Assembly (NCBI GenBank): GCA_963795115.1
Contig: CAWCGH010000003.1
Location: forward strand, 222,950-286,949
Direction of reading: 5' to 3'
DNA length: 64,000 nucleotides
Source: an uncultured Actinomycetota bacterium
GTDB taxonomy: Bacteria > Actinomycetota > Actinomycetes > Propionibacteriales > Nocardioidaceae
Part shown: piece after piece, positions 19,822-31,293 of the stretch
Position numbering within the stretch: the stretch's first letter is position 1
How the letters are laid out: each line of letters starts with the position of its first letter
Position numbers and translations under genes: made by a program
Notes under the pieces: generated by a model
The model's input: the letters and a program-made list of their open reading frames with translations, nothing else
What the model was told of the DNA's origin: nothing
Database searches by the model: none

Positions 19822-20913
19822 TCAGCGGAGGTGCTGTCGCAGGTAGCGGCCGGTGCGCTCCATCGAGGCGAAGAACTGCGGGCCGAAGGCGTGACCCTCG
19901 CCGGGGTACTCGGTGAGGGTCACGTCGACGCCGTCGCGCTCCATGAGCCGCGCGGTCTCACGGCTCCACCGGATCGGGCAGGTGTCGTCGGCGGTGCCGT
20001 GGTGGATGAGCACCGGCTCCGCTACCTGGTCGAAGTAAGTGCGGGCGCTGATGCCGGCCCAGAACTCGGGGTTGTCCTTCGGTAGGCCGTACAGCTGGTC
20101 GAGCGCGGTGACGACGTCTCTGCGCGCGGGATCGCTCCCGATCCAGCGGTCGTAGTTGTCGACCTGGTCGGAGCTGACCGGTGCCCAGACGACGCCGGCG
20201 TCGACCAGCCCCGGCTGCGCGACCAGCACGTTGTAGACGACACCGCCTCCCATCGACCGCCCGCCGACGGCCATCCGGTCATCGTCGACCGGGCCGTCCC
20301 ACGCCCGCAGGGCGAGCACGGCGTTGATGACGTCCTCGGTGTAGCCCATCCGGAGGTCGGCCTCGCCCACTCCCTGCCTCGCCAGTGCGGTGTCGTCGGA
20401 GCCGGCGTGGTTGCGATAGTCGACGTGCAGGGCGATGTAGCCGTGGGCGGCGAACCACTCCCGCTCGCGGGTCATGCCCTGGCCGTTCACGTAGTAGGCC
20501 GGGTCGATGTAGCCGTGGGCGAGCACGATCGCGGGGAACGGCCCCTCTCCCTCGGGGACGGCGATCCGCCCCGAGATGGTGAGACCGCCGCCGCGGTAGG
20601 TCACCTCGTACTGGCGCTGGGTCGAGGTGGCGTACACCTCGGTGCCGAGCGTGAGCCGGCGCCCGTCGTACTCCTTGTCCGCGAGCGCGGGCAGCGAGAC
20701 CGGGTGCGGCTCCTCCGACGGCTGGTCGGACGGCTGGTGGGACGGCTGGTCGGACGGCTGGTCGGACGGCGCCGTGGTCGGGGTCTGCTCGTCGGTCCGC
20801 GCGTCCGGAGAAGGCGCTGGGTTGGGAGTCGCCTCGGTCGGCCGCTCGTCCGGGTTGGTGCACCCGACGAGGACGAACACGCAACAAGCCATCGCTGCCA
20901 GCAGCCGCTTCAC
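19822..20913 (-). CDS. S9-like peptidase / alpha-beta hydrolase lipoprotein
   Basis: Lipobox VLVGC; AHGYIDP, GRSMGG, HHGTADD, GEGH; PSDQ repeat linker. Confidence 0.85.
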   Translation of the reverse strand: MKRLLAAMACCVFVLVGCTNPDERPTEATPNPAPSPDARTDEQTPTTAPSDQPSDQPSHQPSDQPSEEPHPVSLPALADKEYDGRRLTLGTEVYATSTQRQYEVTYRGGGLTISGRIAVPEGEGPFPAIVLAHGYIDPAYYVNGQGMTREREWFAAHGYIALHVDYRNHAGSDDTALARQGVGEADLRMGYTEDVINAVLALRAWDGPVDDDRMAVGGRSMGGGVVYNVLVAQPGLVDAGVVWAPVSSDQVDNYDRWIGSDPARRDVVTALDQLYGLPKDNPEFWAGISARTYFDQVAEPVLIHHGTADDTCPIRWSRETARLMERDGVDVTLTEYPGEGHAFGPQFFASMERTGRYLRQHLR

Positions 20914-21024
20914 AACCCCAGTCTGCAAACCCGCACAAGAAAATCCCGGACGGCTGTCGATTTCGTGGGGCGAGCGGCGACGAACAGGTGAAGGATCCAC
21001 CCCACGAGGAAAGGAACTCAGAAG

Positions 21025-21381
21025 ATGAAGTACGTGCTGATGTTCACCAGTGACCCCGCCCAGCTCGCCAACGTGAGCGAGGAGGACACCCAAGCGGTCT
21101 ACGGGAAGGTCTACGCCTGGTTCCAGGAGAACGCCGCGGTGTTCGCCGACTCCGGCGCCGAGCTGCAGTCGATCGAGACCGCGACCACCGTGAAGCATGG
21201 CGGCGTCGTCGTCGACGGTCCGTTCAACGAGGCCAAGGAGGTCGTCGGCGGGTTCAGCGTGATCGACGTCGCCGACATGGACGCCGCGATCGAGATCGTC
21301 AAGACCTGGCCGCAGCTCGTTTTCCCTGGCGTGGCGATCGAGATCCGGCCGATGGTCGAGGACTACAGCCAGTTCGAATGA
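21025..21381 (+). CDS. YciI-family (DGPF) protein
   Basis: VVDGPFNEAKEVVGGF motif; AAGGA RBS. Confidence 0.9.
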   Translation: MKYVLMFTSDPAQLANVSEEDTQAVYGKVYAWFQENAAVFADSGAELQSIETATTVKHGGVVVDGPFNEAKEVVGGFSVIDVADMDAAIEIVKTWPQLVFPGVAIEIRPMVEDYSQFE

Positions 21382-21388
21382 CCGGTCG

Positions 21389-22630
21389 ATGACGGCGAGC
21401 GATGCCCTGCTGGTAGCCACGATCCGCGAGGAGTCGGGCCGCCTGGTCACCGCCCTGTACCGCCGCTTCGGCGACTTCGACGTCGCAGAGGAGGCGGTGC
21501 AGGGCGCCGTGGTGGAGGCACTCACCGCGTGGCGACGGGACGGTACGCCGCGCCGCCCCGGTGCGTGGCTCACGACAGCCGCGCAGCGCAACGCCTCCGA
21601 CCTGCTGCGCTCCCGCGGCCGTCGGGCACGCGCCGTCGGGCGGCTCGCCGACGGCCAGCCGGAAATCGCGCCGGCCGCTGACCACCGGGCAGACCAGGAC
21701 GCCGACGACCGGCTCCCGCTGCTCTTCGCTTGCTGCCACCCTGCGCTGGCGCCCGAGGCCCGGCTGGCGCTGACGCTGCGCGCGGTCATCGGCCTCACGA
21801 CACCTCAGATCGCCCGCGCATTCCTGGTCAACGAGCAGACCCTCGCGCAGCGGATCGTCCGCGCCAAGCGAAAGATCGTCGCCACCGGCATCGACCTCAA
21901 GGTGCCCGACGCGCTCGACGAGCGGCTTCCCGACGTACTGGCCGTGGTCTACCTCGCCTACAACGAGGCGTTCGTCGCCTCCACCGGCAGCACGCCCGAT
22001 CGCGACCTCGGGGCCGACGCGGTCTGGCTCGCCGAGGTCGTCGCCGACAGCCTGCCAGCGCACGCCGAGGCGTGGGGCCTGGCCGCGCTGCTGCGGATCC
22101 AGCACGGCCGCGCCGCCGCCCGGTTCACCCCGACCGGCGACCTGGTGCTGCTCCGCGAGCAGGACCGCTCGCTCTGGGACGCCGCCGCGATCAAGCGCGC
22201 GGGCGAGCACCTCGAGCGCGCCGCGTCCCTGCACTCCCCCGGCCGCTACCAGCTCCAGGCCGCGATCGCGATGTGTCATGCCGAGGCGCCGTCGTGGGCA
22301 GACACCGACTGGCTGCAGATCGTGACCCTGTACAGCTTCCTGATCCGCGAGGATCCGTCTCCTGTGGTCCGGCTCAACGGCGCGATCGCGCTGGCCCAGC
22401 TCGGCCCCCGCCAGACCGAGATCGCGCTCGCCGACCTCGAGCGGCTCGGGGACGACCTGGCCGGCTATCACCTCTGGCACGCCGCCCGGGCCGAGCTGCT
22501 CCGACTGACCGGCCGGGACGACGACGCCGCCACGGCGGACCGGCGCGCACTCGAGCTGACCACCAACGATGCCGAGCGCCGGCTGATCCTGACCCGGCTG
22601 CGCCGGCATCCGCTCACGGACGGTTCGTGA
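21389..22630 (+). CDS. ECF sigma factor with C-terminal TPR/DUF6596 extension (ECF42-type)
   Basis: DVAEEAVQ, LLFACCHPAL, QRIVRAKRKI, YQLQAAIA..HA; follows a DGPF gene. Confidence 0.88.
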   Translation: MTASDALLVATIREESGRLVTALYRRFGDFDVAEEAVQGAVVEALTAWRRDGTPRRPGAWLTTAAQRNASDLLRSRGRRARAVGRLADGQPEIAPAADHRADQDADDRLPLLFACCHPALAPEARLALTLRAVIGLTTPQIARAFLVNEQTLAQRIVRAKRKIVATGIDLKVPDALDERLPDVLAVVYLAYNEAFVASTGSTPDRDLGADAVWLAEVVADSLPAHAEAWGLAALLRIQHGRAAARFTPTGDLVLLREQDRSLWDAAAIKRAGEHLERAASLHSPGRYQLQAAIAMCHAEAPSWADTDWLQIVTLYSFLIREDPSPVVRLNGAIALAQLGPRQTEIALADLERLGDDLAGYHLWHAARAELLRLTGRDDDAATADRRALELTTNDAERRLILTRLRRHPLTDGS

Positions 22631-22640
22631 GCCACTCGGT

Positions 22641-22683
22641 GGTCGAGTAGGCCGAGCGCCTGGCGCGAGGCCGTATCGAGACC
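22641..22683. repeat. Nested palindromic REP-like element
   Basis: GGTCGAGTA-GGCC-GAGCGC-CTG-GCGCGA-GGCC-GTATCGAGACC; single copy in this window; resembles intergenic repeats I recall from actinobacterial genomes. Confidence 0.5.
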
Positions 22684-22822
22684 CCGCACGTCTGGCTGGG
22701 GTCTGCGGACGGTGGGTGGTTGCGTCCGAAAGGGCTTTGGACGGGGACGAGCAGGGCTGGGGTTGCGCGCCACCGCCGGGCCGCGGGGTCGCAGCAATTC
22801 TCGAAGTGGACCCGCACCATCA

Positions 22823-22851
22823 TTGCTAATCGAACATCAGTTCGATAGACT
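22823..22851 (+). promoter_or_regulatory. Sigma-A-type promoter with a LexA (SOS) box in the spacer
   Basis: TTGCTA(22823-28)-17 bp-TAGACT(22846-51); TCGAAC-ATCA-GTTCGA (22830-45) is the actinobacterial SOS consensus; ATG 6 nt downstream. Confidence 0.85.
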
Positions 22852-24098
22852 GAGCGCATGACTTCTCCTGGAGCGCTCGACACGGCAACCGCCGCCGTGC
22901 AGCGCGCGCGGGAGCTGGCCGAGGTGGACTGGAGCGTTGTCGACGGCCCGGATGCGGTGGCGACCGCCGCCGAGCTCGGCCGGCTGAAGGCGATCGTCGA
23001 CGGCGCGCTGGTCGCGGTTGCCGAGCGCCTCGAGGAGACGGGCGGTGCCGACGCACTCGGGTGGGCCTCGACCAAGGACTTCCTCACCCACGTGCTCGGC
23101 GGCCGCAAGGGCGCCGGTGGGACGGTGGTGCGGGTCGCGAAGAAGTCCACCAGTCTGCCGTCGGTGCGTTCGGCGCTGGCGGCCGGCGAGATCTCGCTGG
23201 CCCAGGCCGGGGTGATCGCTGGTCGGGTCGCCACGTTGCCGCAGGTCCCCGAGCTGCGCGAGCAGGCCGCGGACAAGCTGCTCGGCCTGGTCGCCGAGCA
23301 CGGATACGACGCCACCGACCTCGATCAGGCATTCCCCGCCGTGGTCCGCGAGCTCGACCCCGACGGGTCGTTGCTGTCCGCGGACCTGGACAAGGACCGC
23401 GCCGAGCGCGGCGCCCACCACGCCCGGTTCCTTTCCGGCACGGCCGACACCCTCGGCGGAGTCCGGATCAAGGGCTACTCCACCGTGGAGGAGTGGGAGC
23501 TGGTCAAGGCGACACTGATGCCGCTCTCCGCGCCGGTGGTCACCGAGCCGGGTGCCTGCGGCGGGAAGCCGAACCAGCGCTTCGAGCTGGACGAGCACGG
23601 CCACCAGGTCGGACGCCGCTGTCCCGACCCCGACTGCGGCCACACCGGCAAGGACCCCCGCGACCACGGCGCGCGGATGTGGGATGCGCTCGTCGAGGCG
23701 TGCCGCCGCCTCCAGGCCACCGACGGCGTCCCGCACGCCCACGGGACCACCGCGCGGATCACCGTGACGATCCCGTTGCAGCAGCTCCTCGACCAGCCCG
23801 ATGGCCACCTCGACGACGGCGGTCACCTGCCCACCGGGGACCGGCTATCGGTCGCCGCCGTCCGCCGGCTGGCCTGCGACGCCGAGATCATCCCGGCCGT
23901 CCTCGGTGCTGAGTCCCAGGTCCTCGACGTCGGCCGCAGTCAGCGGCTGGTCACCACCGGCATCTGGAACGCCCTGGTGCTGCGCGACCGGCACTGCGCC
24001 TTCCCCGGCTGCAGCCGTCTCCCCATCGCCTGCGACGCCCACCACATCCACCACTGGGCTGACGGCGGTCGCACGTCGCTCGACAACCTCATCCTGCT

Positions 24099-25883
24099 GA
24101 GGCTGTCGCACGAATGGTTCGGCGGTCCTTCGAGACGGGTCGATCGCTCGGCTCGCTGTGACTCGAGCCGACCCGATCAGGCGGGAGCTCCTGCCTCAGC
24201 TTGAGGAGGTTGTGGACGGTGCACATCAGCCGCCATTCGCTCTGGACGGCGGGAAGGCTGCGGCGGGCGAATCGCCGGTATCCGAGGTTGCCTTTGATGT
24301 TGCCGAAGACGGGTTCGATGCTGGTCCCGCGCTTGTTGTAGACCTCCGCAATCTCTGGCTCGGCAAGCCTTTCGTCCATGGCCTTGCGCGCCGTGGATGG
24401 ATCGACTGCCTCGCCGCGGACGTGGGCCAGCATCGCCTTGATTCGACGTCGGAAACGGGAGTTCGTGTCGTGCCTGGCGGCGTGAGATCTCACCCGATCG
24501 ACCCGTTCGATGATCGGAATCCACTCCTGGGGCTCTGGCTCGGCGGTGCGGGCGATGCGTTGCCCGTCGGTCCCGAAGTACCGCTTCGTCCTGCTCGCGA
24601 CCGCGCTATAGGAGATCCCGAGCATCTCGCCGGCCTAGCGCTGAGACAGCTCGCCGCGGTTCACCTTGGCCAAGATCGGCGAGCTGGTCCTCATCGGGCT
24701 ATGTCAGCCTTGCGGCACGAGGTCTTCCGGGTCGCTATCAACACCTCGGCGCCGACATCAGCGATGCCATTGGCGGCCGTCCAGTACCCGACGTCGGCGA
24801 CGAAGGTGCCGACCTTCCATCGTGTGCAGCATCGGCGAGGTTCTCGGTCACGGCGGTGGCCATCGGCACGAAGTGGGGCTGGTCGTTGGTGCCGACGACG
24901 ACCGCGGCGGCGAGCACGAGCTGATCGGCGGTCGCGGCCGCCTGGCGTTGTAGGCCCGGCATCACGCCCTTCGACTCTTGGGCCATGACCCGCGAATGCG
25001 GATCGGTCGTGTTCGCCCGCCCTGGGCGGGAACGGCGCGCGGCATCCTGTTTGGGCTTGGGGCCGAGGTAACTTTCGACCGAGGTCGGCATCACTTCTTC
25101 GCCGGCTCAGCCGTCCGGGCCGCGTAGTCACGCGTCTTCTGCGACTCCAACTCATCCAGTGCGGCGCGGATCCGGGCCCGGCGACCACGACCGCCAGCCC
25201 ACTCCGCGGGAAGCTCCCCACCGCGCCGATCGCCGTGCTCGGCGTCCTCGGCCGCGTCCGTGGCTTCGGCTTCCTCGATGATCCGCTGGCCGCCTCAAGA
25301 GCGGCATCGCCGATCCAGATGACTCGCCCATCTCGGCCATCAGGGCGTCCTGCTTGCGATTGGCGAAGAACGATGCGTTCGCCGCGATCTTGGTGCCATC
25401 GATCGCGACCACACCGGCGTCGACCAGACCGGCCTGTCACACACAGGCCGAGCACCTGACCGAACAGAGCCGCGATCGCGTCCTGATGGCGGTGACGGAA
25501 CCGGGCCAGCGTGGCGTGGTCGGGCTGCTGGTTAGCGGCCACGACCCGGAGGGCGACGTCTTCGACCAACCGTCGCTCGACCCGACGCGACGACCTCGCA
25601 CCGGTGCAATAGGCGTACAACAACACCGCCAGCATCATCGCCGGGTCATAGACCGACCCGCCCCGACCATCGGCCCGATAGGCGGCGAAGAACTCAGCCA
25701 GATCCAGCTCCGCGACGGTGTCGAGAACGAAGAACGCCAAGTGGTCCTCAGGCAGCCAGTCCCTCACCGAGGGCGGCATCAACATCAACTGATCGACATC
25801 GCTTGAACGCAGATTCACGGCCACGCCCATTTCCCACACCCGCCCTCGATCGCCGGGAGACACGCGATTCGTGCGACAGCCTC
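24099..25883 (-). mobile_element. IS1182-family insertion sequence, 1785 bp
   Basis: Perfect 17-bp IRs gaggctgtcgcacgaat (24099-115) / attcgtgcgacagcctc (25867-83); 4-bp TSD TGCT at 24095-98 and 25884-87. Confidence 0.92.
24196..25830 (-). pseudogene. IS1182-family transposase, multiply frameshifted
   Basis: PPSVRDWLPEDH, YDPAMML, PDHATLARF, IDGTKI.ANAS, ANTTDPHSRVM, ADVGY and IEPVFGNIK lie in different frames, with internal stops. Confidence 0.88.
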
Positions 25884-26099
25884 TGCTCTGCAGGAAGCAC
25901 CACACCCTCACTCATCAGACGCCTTGGCAGGTCCAGATCGACCCTGGTTCTCGGAGACCTGTCTGGATCCCACCACCCAAGGTCGACGTCCGCGGAAGAT
26001 TCAGCTACCACCCAGCCAGCCGACCACCACCGCTGGTCGCCTGAGCCGTCGACTGCGCAGCAGTTCCTCAATAGGGAACCAGTGCGGCGGTCCACCTCG

Positions 26100-27056
26100 T
26101 CGGTCAGACCTCCTCCGGGGACTCGCTGGGCCGGTATCGGGCGGGTGGTGCTCGCGGTTCCGAAGGGCTGGGCCGACGCGGCAATCCGTTGCAACCAGCC
26201 GAGCCGGGACACCGTCTACTTCGCCGCCTCAACGACGACACCCGCACTGTGCCGACCGGCATTCAGACGCGTCTCCTCACTGGCGATCAGCGATCACACG
26301 TTCGAGACGAAAGCGATTGCGTTCGGCGCCGCCGACGGGGACGTCGCCGGGCATGACGTCCGGACAACCCACGGTTGCCTCCATGCGATCGACGGTCCGT
26401 GCTTCGCTAACATCAGCGTCCCCGATCTCGGCGCCTTCTTCCAGGTCACCATCCACGGCCGTGATCCCGAGGAACGCGTTCAACAGATGCGGGACTCACT
26501 CACCGTTCTGCCGGACGGCCTGGTCACCGTGCCCATCGTCTCGAGCTGGCACCGGTCCGACGTCGAGGACGCCTACGCGGAGATGGAAGCGCTCGGGCTC
26601 GAGCCGACGATCGAGGACGGCTGTCCTGCCGGCCTGTGCGACATCTCCGCATGGACCGAACCTCCGTCCGGACGTGTTGTCGCGGCCGGCACGCCCGTCA
26701 CCATCTACGTGGTCGGCTGGGGCGACGGCCCGGATCCCTATCCGCTCAATGTTCTGACCTGCGAGAGCGACTATCAGCGTGCGGACGGCGTCTACGACGT
26801 CATTCCCCCGTCATCTCCGCAGGAGGCCCGCGAACAGGGCTGGCCGACCGATCCTCTCGCCGCCGTCGAGGGTGTGCCGGATGCTCCACTCTGGCGTCAC
26901 CTCGAGATCGTCGACCTCACCCTTCTCGACTCGTTCGACGACGGGCTGACCAGGGTCTCCGCTCAGGACGCCGAGGGCCGCACGGTCCTCATCATGAGGG
27001 TCGAGGAGCTCGTGAAGGGTGCCTGGGCGATGACCGGGTCCGAGACCTGCGGCTGA
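26100..27056 (+). CDS. Extracytoplasmic-type hypothetical protein with a PASTA-like segment; probably 5'-truncated, start uncertain
   Basis: Open frame GTRWAGIGRVVLAVP...VTVPIV...TEPPSGRVVAAGTPVTIYV; paired Cys; no signal peptide, TM helix or RBS visible. Confidence 0.5.
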   Translation, partial: SVRPPPGTRWAGIGRVVLAVPKGWADAAIRCNQPSRDTVYFAASTTTPALCRPAFRRVSSLAISDHTFETKAIAFGAADGDVAGHDVRTTHGCLHAIDGPCFANISVPDLGAFFQVTIHGRDPEERVQQMRDSLTVLPDGLVTVPIVSSWHRSDVEDAYAEMEALGLEPTIEDGCPAGLCDISAWTEPPSGRVVAAGTPVTIYVVGWGDGPDPYPLNVLTCESDYQRADGVYDVIPPSSPQEAREQGWPTDPLAAVEGVPDAPLWRHLEIVDLTLLDSFDDGLTRVSAQDAEGRTVLIMRVEELVKGAWAMTGSETCG

Positions 27057-27059
27057 CTC

Positions 27060-27637
27060 TCACGGTGTGACCACCCTGCGCATGACGGTGTTGCCCTTGC
27101 CCTTGGTCCCGACGAAGGTGAACCCGGCGCGTTCGTAGACCTTGCGGGTGCCGTTGTAGAGGACCGACGAGGACTTCCGTTTCTGGCCTTCGGTGTCGTG
27201 CGGATAGCGCTCCACGACACCGCCGCCGGCACCGGCGATCAGGTCGAGCGCACCCTGCAGCGCCATCGAGACGACACCGCGACGGGGGTAGTCGCGGTCC
27301 ACGAAGATGCAGGTGATGCGGTAGTCGGGCGGCGGGTCGCCGGCGGCGTCGTACTCCTTGCGGTGGTGGGGGTTGGCAGCTCGTCGGGCGTGCCGTACTC
27401 GGCCCAACCCACGGCGGCGTCGCCGTCGAAGACCAGCGCCGCGTGGGCCTGGCCCGCGCGGACGAGACGCTCCTTCGCGTCGCGGTTGCCCTCGTAGCTC
27501 TCCCCCAGCCCGTCGCACATCCCGCGGTGGAACCAGGTGCACCAGCAGCCGCCGAAGATGCCGTTGTGCTTCGCGACCAGCGACGCGAACGCGTCCCACG
27601 TCGACGGGTCGAGCGGTCGGATCTCGAGCTCGGCCAT
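27060..27637 (-). pseudogene. GNAT-family acetyltransferase with a 1-nt frameshift
   Basis: MAELEIRPLDPSTWDAF...GCWCTWFH...YGTPDELP, then a frame change near 27375 to HHRKEYD...RITCIFVD...YNGTRKVYERAGF. Confidence 0.8.
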
Positions 27638-27665
27638 GGGTGCGTCCGTGCGATCAGTCCTTCGA

Positions 27666-30481
<2,816 letters not shown>

Positions 30482-30561
30482 CCGATTCCGGTCCTCGCCG
30501 CTGTCACACACCGGGACCGACCGGTGTCTTGTGCGTGTCCGAAGAATTCTTCGCCAAGGAC

Positions 30562-30613
30562 TTGCACGAAACGAAACGGTTCCGTACTGTCCCTTGAAAC
30601 GAAACCGTTCCGT
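30562..30613 (+). promoter_or_regulatory. Promoter with two imperfect-palindromic TetR operators
   Basis: TTGCAC-17 bp-TACTGT; GAAACGAAAC(G/C)GTTCCGT at 30568-85 and 30596-613. Confidence 0.75.
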
Positions 30614-30634
30614 TCCATCTGCGAGGAGCCTCCG

Positions 30635-31240
30635 ATGTCCCCCACTCAAGCCGCCCAGGCTGCCGAGGCGCAGTCGCGTCCACGCATCGAGGGCGAACGT
30701 GAGCAGGAGATCCTCGACGCGACGATCGACACCCTGGCCGAGGTCGGTTACGACCGGCTCACCATGGACGCCGTCGCGGCGCGGGCCAAGGCATCGAAGG
30801 CGACGCTCTACCGACGGTGGAACAGCAAGGCCCAGCTGGTCATCGACGCGCTCATCTCGGAGAAGGAGCCGATGACGGCTCCGGACACCGGCAGCCTCCG
30901 CGGCGACCTGCTCGCCGCGTTCTGCGGCATGGGCGGCCTGACCGATGGTCGCCAGATCGCGATCCTCGGCAGTGTCATCACCGCGATGGCGCGGGACGCC
31001 GAGTTCGCCGAGGCGTTCCGGCGTGACTTCATCGGACCCAAGAAGGCGCTCTCGGCCGAGATGTTCCGCCGGGCCCGGGCGCGCGGCGAGATCCGGGACG
31101 ACTTCGACCTGGAGCTCATCGCCGCTGCCCTCCCGGGCATCTGTCTGCACCGCACCTTCCTCCTCGGCGAACCGCCGACCGACGAGCTGGTCGCCCAGGT
31201 GGTCGACCAGATCATCCTTCCTGCCTTGACCCGCAGCTGA
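30635..31240 (+). CDS. TetR/AcrR-family regulator
   Basis: HTH ILDAT...GYDRLTMDAVAARAKASKATLYRRW; PDTGSLRGDL; GAGGAG RBS. Confidence 0.92.
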   Translation: MSPTQAAQAAEAQSRPRIEGEREQEILDATIDTLAEVGYDRLTMDAVAARAKASKATLYRRWNSKAQLVIDALISEKEPMTAPDTGSLRGDLLAAFCGMGGLTDGRQIAILGSVITAMARDAEFAEAFRRDFIGPKKALSAEMFRRARARGEIRDDFDLELIAAALPGICLHRTFLLGEPPTDELVAQVVDQIILPALTRS

Positions 31241-31293
31241 TCAACCCTTTCGACGACCTCACCACCCCACAACACCTCAAGGACATCCAACTC

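Larger units (their letters stand above)
22858..26044 (+). pseudogene. DUF222 + HNH endonuclease (13E12-repeat family), interrupted by an IS
   Basis: RRLACDA...DVGR...RDRHCAFPGC...CDAHHI.HW..GG.T.LDNLILL, then IS, then CRKHHTLTHQTPWQV...LVA* (stop 26042-44). Confidence 0.9.

Noticed and set aside
20717-20770. 12-bp tandem repeat gacggctggtcg x4
   Set aside because: Encodes the PSDQ linker of a lipoprotein; no unique spacers or cas genes
24196-25830. Programmed ribosomal frameshifting in the transposase
   Set aside because: Too many breaks plus in-frame stops; no slippery site pattern
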